Source: Spirochaetia bacterium (GTDB taxonomy: Bacteria > Spirochaetota > Spirochaetia > CADAEX01). From it: a DNA stretch of 64,000 bases. The position numbers and the translations under genes are program-made. Positions 59,555 through 64,000 of the stretch are shown here, in pieces. Where the stretch lies: contig CAXXHA010000029.1 in NCBI GenBank assembly GCA_963662265.2, forward strand, positions 1-64,000, written 5' to 3'. Each line of letters opens with the position of its first letter. The stretch's first letter is position 1. The notes below the pieces were generated by a model. That model made no database searches and was not told the DNA's origin. It was given only the letters and a program-made list of their open reading frames with translations.

Positions 59555-60571
59555 ATGAAAGTAGCAGTAATTTTCGGCGGCATGAGTTCAGAGCGTGATG
59601 TATCAATTGCAAGCGGTGCGCAGGTTTTCAAGGCGCTAAAAAGCAGGGGTCATGATGTTATAGCTGTTGATACTGCTAAAGGTATTCTTGATTCTGAAGA
59701 GGAGAAGGTGTTTCTCGATTCAAGGGTAAAGGAAACACCTCCGTCAATAGATCAGCTTTCACTTATGCGGGACGGACTCAATAAACTCACAGCTTCAGGT
59801 TCTCTCAGTGATGTGGATATCTGCTTTCTTGCTCTTCACGGCGGTATGGGTGAGGACGGCAGAATACAGGGGTTTCTTGATATTGCAGGAATACCTTATA
59901 CAGGCACAAAACATATGGGATGCTGTTATGCAATGGATAAGGATGTCTCAAAAATACTCCTTAGAAACAGCGGGGTTAAAACACCTGACTGGATAATGGC
60001 ACCTGCCGATACAGATGAAGTAGAGGCAAAACTGGGTTTCCCTGTAGTTGTCAAACCGAACAAAGAGGGTTCAACAGTTGGTCTCACTGTAGTTAAGGAA
60101 AAGGATCAACTTCAGAATGCTGTTGATTATGCACTGAAATTTGACACTGAAGTCATGATTGAAAGTTTCATAGATGGAAGAGAGCTTACAGCAGGAGTGC
60201 TTGACGGAAATGCTCTCGGTGTAGGGGAAATAATCCCCAGGATGTCTGAAATTTTTGATTATAAAAGCAAGTACCAGGAGGGGGGAGCTGATGAAATATT
60301 TCCTGCGGATCTTTCTGATGATGAAACATTGAAAGTGCAGGAAGAAGCTGTGAAAACATATTTTGCCTTGAAGCAGAATGATTACTGCCGTGTTGATTTC
60401 AGGATGGACAGAGAGGGGGGAATATGGTGCCTTGAAGCAAATACTCTTCCCGGAGTCACATCATCAAGCCTGCTTCCCCAGTCAGCTGCAGTCATGGGTA
60501 TAGAGTTCCCTGAATTATGTGAAAAGATATGCATGCTTGCAATCGAAAGAAAAAAAGCTTTAACAGTTTAG
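59555..60571 (+). CDS. ddl: D-alanine--D-alanine ligase
   Basis: GGMSSERDVS, ALHGGMGEDG, GST, FDYKSKY, RVDF and EANTLPG. Confidence 0.92.
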   Translation: MKVAVIFGGMSSERDVSIASGAQVFKALKSRGHDVIAVDTAKGILDSEEEKVFLDSRVKETPPSIDQLSLMRDGLNKLTASGSLSDVDICFLALHGGMGEDGRIQGFLDIAGIPYTGTKHMGCCYAMDKDVSKILLRNSGVKTPDWIMAPADTDEVEAKLGFPVVVKPNKEGSTVGLTVVKEKDQLQNAVDYALKFDTEVMIESFIDGRELTAGVLDGNALGVGEIIPRMSEIFDYKSKYQEGGADEIFPADLSDDETLKVQEEAVKTYFALKQNDYCRVDFRMDREGGIWCLEANTLPGVTSSSLLPQSAAVMGIEFPELCEKICMLAIERKKALTV

Positions 60572-60589
60572 AAATAAATAAATGCAGGA

Positions 60590-61399
60590 TTAATTTTTAT
60601 TATCCTGCATTATTCTTTTTTCCCTTAAGATTGAAATATTCTCATCCAGATATTCAAGCAGATACTGCTGTACATCTTCAAAATATGATTTCTGGATATC
60701 ACAGCCTTCAGCTGTGATGAACCTGTAATGCCAGGGTTCATAATTATATCCTGTAACATCATTCAAACCCTTCGGATAGGAAAGAGAAAAACCATATCTG
60801 CCGCAGTTTTCAAACATCCAGATCCCCTCAGGTGTATTTTCATACTCTTCAGTTATTGAACCGAAATCAACTGCTGTTCCGAGCTGATGCTGTGACGTGC
60901 CGGGACGTGCAGAGAATTTATCTGTTTCCTCCTGTCCGTAGACAGAAACATAATAATTATAAATTCTTTCCTGGTACGTATATGATCTGTAGGCAGATGA
61001 TACAAGAATATCAAGGTTTTCCTTTTCAGCATCATTTTTCATCATCATCAATGCATCCATTGCCGGTTTTCTTATCTGCATACCTTTCTTGTTCACCTTG
61101 ATATTAAAACTGTCAAGATCAACAAGATCGCCGGGAATAGTTTTTTCAGACAGCGGATTATTCTTATCAGCCAGTACCAGAAAATCATCATATATATCGA
61201 TTAGAGGAATAATTTTATCAAGGAAACCCTTCCTGTCTGATTTTATATTTTCAATTACCTTTTCAGGAAGGTTTGAAAGTGTTGTATCCAGTTCCTCTTC
61301 AGTAAATGTGAATGACTGGCTTATGTATTTATTTTCAGCCCTGATGCATGATGGCAACAGGGCTGATATGAGAATCAGGAGTAATATTAATTTTTTCAA
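60590..61399 (-). CDS. M15B D-alanyl-D-alanine carboxypeptidase (VanY-like) lipoprotein
   Basis: SAYRSY..Q, ARPGTSQHQLGTAVD and YEPWHYR. Confidence 0.9.
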   Translation of the reverse strand: MKKLILLLILISALLPSCIRAENKYISQSFTFTEEELDTTLSNLPEKVIENIKSDRKGFLDKIIPLIDIYDDFLVLADKNNPLSEKTIPGDLVDLDSFNIKVNKKGMQIRKPAMDALMMMKNDAEKENLDILVSSAYRSYTYQERIYNYYVSVYGQEETDKFSARPGTSQHQLGTAVDFGSITEEYENTPEGIWMFENCGRYGFSLSYPKGLNDVTGYNYEPWHYRFITAEGCDIQKSYFEDVQQYLLEYLDENISILREKRIMQDNKN

Positions 61400-63735
61400 A
61401 ATATTATACCGACAACTTCTTCGAATGTTTCAACCGGGTAGAATTTTATTCCCTTTTTCACATGGTCGGGAATTTCTTCAAGATCTTTCTCATTCTGTTT
61501 TGGAATAATAATATTTTTAATATTGTTTCTCCTGGCAGCTATTGTTTTCTCTTTTAGGCCTCCTATTGGAAGGACTGCGCCTGTAAGTGAAAGTTCTCCT
61601 GTCATTGCAAAACTGGCTTTAATCTTCTTGCCCCTGATAAGTGAAAGAAGTGCTGTTGCCATTGTAATACCTGCTGACGGCCCGTCTTTCGGGGTAGCTC
61701 CTTCAGGTATATGAAGGTGGAAAATATTTTCCTCAAACGTCTCCTTTCCGATGTTGAAATCTTCTGCAACAGTCCTGACCATTGTATAGGCAATTGAAGC
61801 TGATTCCTTCATCACATCTCCCATCTGGCCTGTAAGCTTGAAACCCTCCTTACCCATGGTCATTACTGTTTCAATCATCAGCGTATCGCCGCCGAAGTTT
61901 GTCCATGCAAGACCAATTACCATTCCTGGCTTTGTAACCTTTTTGATTTCTTCGGGCCTAAAATGGGGTTTCCCCAGGTAATCAGAAACATTATCTGCAG
62001 TAAGCTTGAATGGTGCTTCCTTGTCTTCAAGAACCATGCCTTTCGCAATTTTCCTGTGAATCTTATCAAGGGCTTTTTCAAAATTTCTCACTCCAGCTTC
62101 GCGTGCATAGTTTTCGCCGATTACAGAAAGCGATTTAGCATCATATTTAACCTGTTTCTTTGTCAGGCCGTTTCGTAAAAGGCTTTTAGGGATCAGGTAT
62201 TTTTTTGCAATAGCAATTTTTTCCTCTTTTATATAGCCGGAAAGCCTGATAATTTCCATCCTGTCTCTCAGCGGGGCTGGTATTGTATCAAGTGTATTTG
62301 CTGTTGTTATGAAGAGAACATTTGAGATATCAAAGGGAAGATCAAGGTAATGGTCTCTGAAGGAAATATTCTGTTCAGGGTCCAGTACTTCAAGGAGAGC
62401 AGAAGACGGGTCTCCCTGGTATGAGGAACCAAGTTTATCTATTTCATCTATCATGAATACAGGATTCTTGGTTTTAACAATTTTAAGGCCCTGAATAATC
62501 TTGCCAGGCATTGCGCCCACATATGTTCTTCTGTGACCTTTTATTTCAGCCTCGTCTCTCATGCCGCCTACCGAGAAACGGAAAAACTCTCTCCCCATTG
62601 CCCTGGCAATGGATTTTCCGATTGAAGTCTTACCCACACCGGGAGGACCGACAAGACAGACAATTGAACCTTTTGTGTCATTTTTCAGCTTTCTGACTGA
62701 AAGATATTCAATTATTCTTTCCTTCACATCTTCAAGGCCGTAATGGTCCTTATCAAGTATATCCTTTGCTTTCTTGATATCAAGGTCTTCAGGCTCTGGA
62801 TCATTCCAGGGAAGTGTAATGATAGTGTCCAGGTAGTTTCTTGTAACACCGAATTCAGAAGAGACAGGTTCCATGAGAGAGAATTTCTGTAGTTCCTGTT
62901 CAACCTGTTCCTTGACTTCTCCCTCAAGGTTGAGCTGTTCAATTTTTTCCTTGAACCTCAAAAATTCACTGCTTTTCGAATCAACCGGCATTCCCAGTTC
63001 ATTTTTAATAGCCTTGAGTTCCTCTTTCAGGAAATATTCTCTCTGGTTTTTTTCTATCTTTTCATTTATCTGTTTCTGTATTTTCTTCTGTATGCGGAGA
63101 AGTTCCTGTTCTTTTTTAATAAATACAAGAACCTGTTCCATTCTTTTTCTTATATTGAGTGTTTCAAGTATTTTCTGCTGGTCAACCCTGTCAATATTTA
63201 AAATTGAAGATATAAAATCTGCTATTTTACCCGGATGGTCAATATTGACCATGTTAAGTCTCATTTCTTCCGAGAAAAGAGGATTGTTTTCGGAAATCTG
63301 TTTCATCTCTGAAATGAGAGACCGTGTAAGTGCTTTTACTTCATTTGTCTTTTCTTTTTCATCTGAAAGATATTCAACTTCTGCTGTTATAGGCGGTTCA
63401 CCTGATATGTATTTTTTTATTTTAAAACGTTTCAGAGTTGAAATAAATATATTCATCCCTCCGTCAGGAAGGTTTATTTTCTTTACTATTTTTGCAACTG
63501 TTCCAACCTTATAAAGATCTTCAGCATCTATATCATTGATTTCCTCATCCTCAAGAAGAACAAGCCCAATCATGTTGTCATTCATCAGCGACTGTTCAAC
63601 AACTGATATATCTTTAGGAGAAACAATCATAAGAGGTGTAAAAATACCGGGAAAAATCGGTTTTCCGGAAAGCGGTATAATAAAAAGTTTGTCCGGAAGT
63701 ATTTGCGCAGCCGGGACAATTTCCTTTTCAGGCAT
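61396..63735 (-). CDS. lon: Lon ATP-dependent protease
   Basis: DHYGLEDVKERI, GPPGVGKTS and PKDGPSAG. Confidence 0.97.
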   Translation of the reverse strand: MPEKEIVPAAQILPDKLFIIPLSGKPIFPGIFTPLMIVSPKDISVVEQSLMNDNMIGLVLLEDEEINDIDAEDLYKVGTVAKIVKKINLPDGGMNIFISTLKRFKIKKYISGEPPITAEVEYLSDEKEKTNEVKALTRSLISEMKQISENNPLFSEEMRLNMVNIDHPGKIADFISSILNIDRVDQQKILETLNIRKRMEQVLVFIKKEQELLRIQKKIQKQINEKIEKNQREYFLKEELKAIKNELGMPVDSKSSEFLRFKEKIEQLNLEGEVKEQVEQELQKFSLMEPVSSEFGVTRNYLDTIITLPWNDPEPEDLDIKKAKDILDKDHYGLEDVKERIIEYLSVRKLKNDTKGSIVCLVGPPGVGKTSIGKSIARAMGREFFRFSVGGMRDEAEIKGHRRTYVGAMPGKIIQGLKIVKTKNPVFMIDEIDKLGSSYQGDPSSALLEVLDPEQNISFRDHYLDLPFDISNVLFITTANTLDTIPAPLRDRMEIIRLSGYIKEEKIAIAKKYLIPKSLLRNGLTKKQVKYDAKSLSVIGENYAREAGVRNFEKALDKIHRKIAKGMVLEDKEAPFKLTADNVSDYLGKPHFRPEEIKKVTKPGMVIGLAWTNFGGDTLMIETVMTMGKEGFKLTGQMGDVMKESASIAYTMVRTVAEDFNIGKETFEENIFHLHIPEGATPKDGPSAGITMATALLSLIRGKKIKASFAMTGELSLTGAVLPIGGLKEKTIAARRNNIKNIIIPKQNEKDLEEIPDHVKKGIKFYPVETFEEVVGIIF

Positions 63736-63862
63736 TTAAAACTCCTATATAATAAAAATCTTAACATGTAATTTCAATTACTTTTCAGGCAGTATCAAAC
63801 CTGCCTGTTTATACATAAACTACTTATTAATATATAATAATGTCAAGGAAAAACAATTACAA

Positions 63863-64000
63863 ATGAAAAGGCATTTAAAAATACAGGGGATAATCTTCAG
63901 CAGCTGGAGAATCCAGGAATTCAACAGGGGAATCAAAATATTTACACCGGATAACGGATTGATAAATACTGTCGCATACGGTGCTTACAGGCCTAAAAGC
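63863..64000 (+). CDS. recO: DNA repair protein RecO, N-terminal fragment running off the window
   Basis: MKRHLKIQGIIFSSWRIQEFNRGIKIFTPDNGLINTVAYGAYRPKS fits the RecO N-terminal OB-fold pattern. Confidence 0.65.
   Translation, partial: MKRHLKIQGIIFSSWRIQEFNRGIKIFTPDNGLINTVAYGAYRPKS

Noticed and set aside
59555-61399. van-type glycopeptide resistance cluster
   Set aside because: No vanH, vanX, vanT or vanRS genes, and the Ddl omega loop has Tyr (YKSKY).
295-63739. Many short antisense or overlapping ORFs in the track (e.g. 14233-14934, 62873-63514, 5991-6557)
   Set aside because: They shadow well-supported genes and have no motifs or RBS of their own.
1-64000. CRISPR arrays, integrases, transposases, phage genes and rRNA
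   Set aside because: No regularly spaced repeats or recognisable ORFs of these kinds were seen.

Overview
This is an AT-rich chromosomal segment from a spirochete, judged from the flaA-cheA-cheW(CheR fusion)-cheX-cheY block, a stand-alone FliG, a spiro-SPASM protein and 'AGGxKE'-type exported-protein N-termini. Housekeeping genes are alaS, rlmN, hisZGB, xseAB, ilvD, a U32 protein, ddl, lon and recO. The window also has tRNA-Val(GAC), a hybrid histidine kinase and a complete pstSCAB-phoU-phoBR operon. Three clusters stand out. (1) 47.3-52.1 kb: a split YeeE, TusA/YeeD, an atypical TrxB with a Trx-like tail and two exported rhodaneses, which may form a trans-envelope sulfur relay. (2) 52.4-59.2 kb: an Arn-like GT2, paired small flippases and a GT-C transferase combined with an ATP-grasp ligase and a NitT/TauT ABC importer, which may import a compound, ligate it and display it on the surface. 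(3) 13.5-20.2 kb: a spiro-SPASM, cytidylyltransferase, PseG-methyltransferase and ATP-grasp operon upstream of flaA. Three intergenic regions (21.25-21.43 kb, 52.30-52.40 kb, 59.41-59.55 kb) look like structured RNAs that I cannot assign to a family. Several genes appear to be leaderless. Seven or eight +1 homopolymer frameshifts (alaS, ilvD, U32, yeeE) are most likely assembly errors. All calls come from reading motifs by eye; no database searches or folding programs were run.
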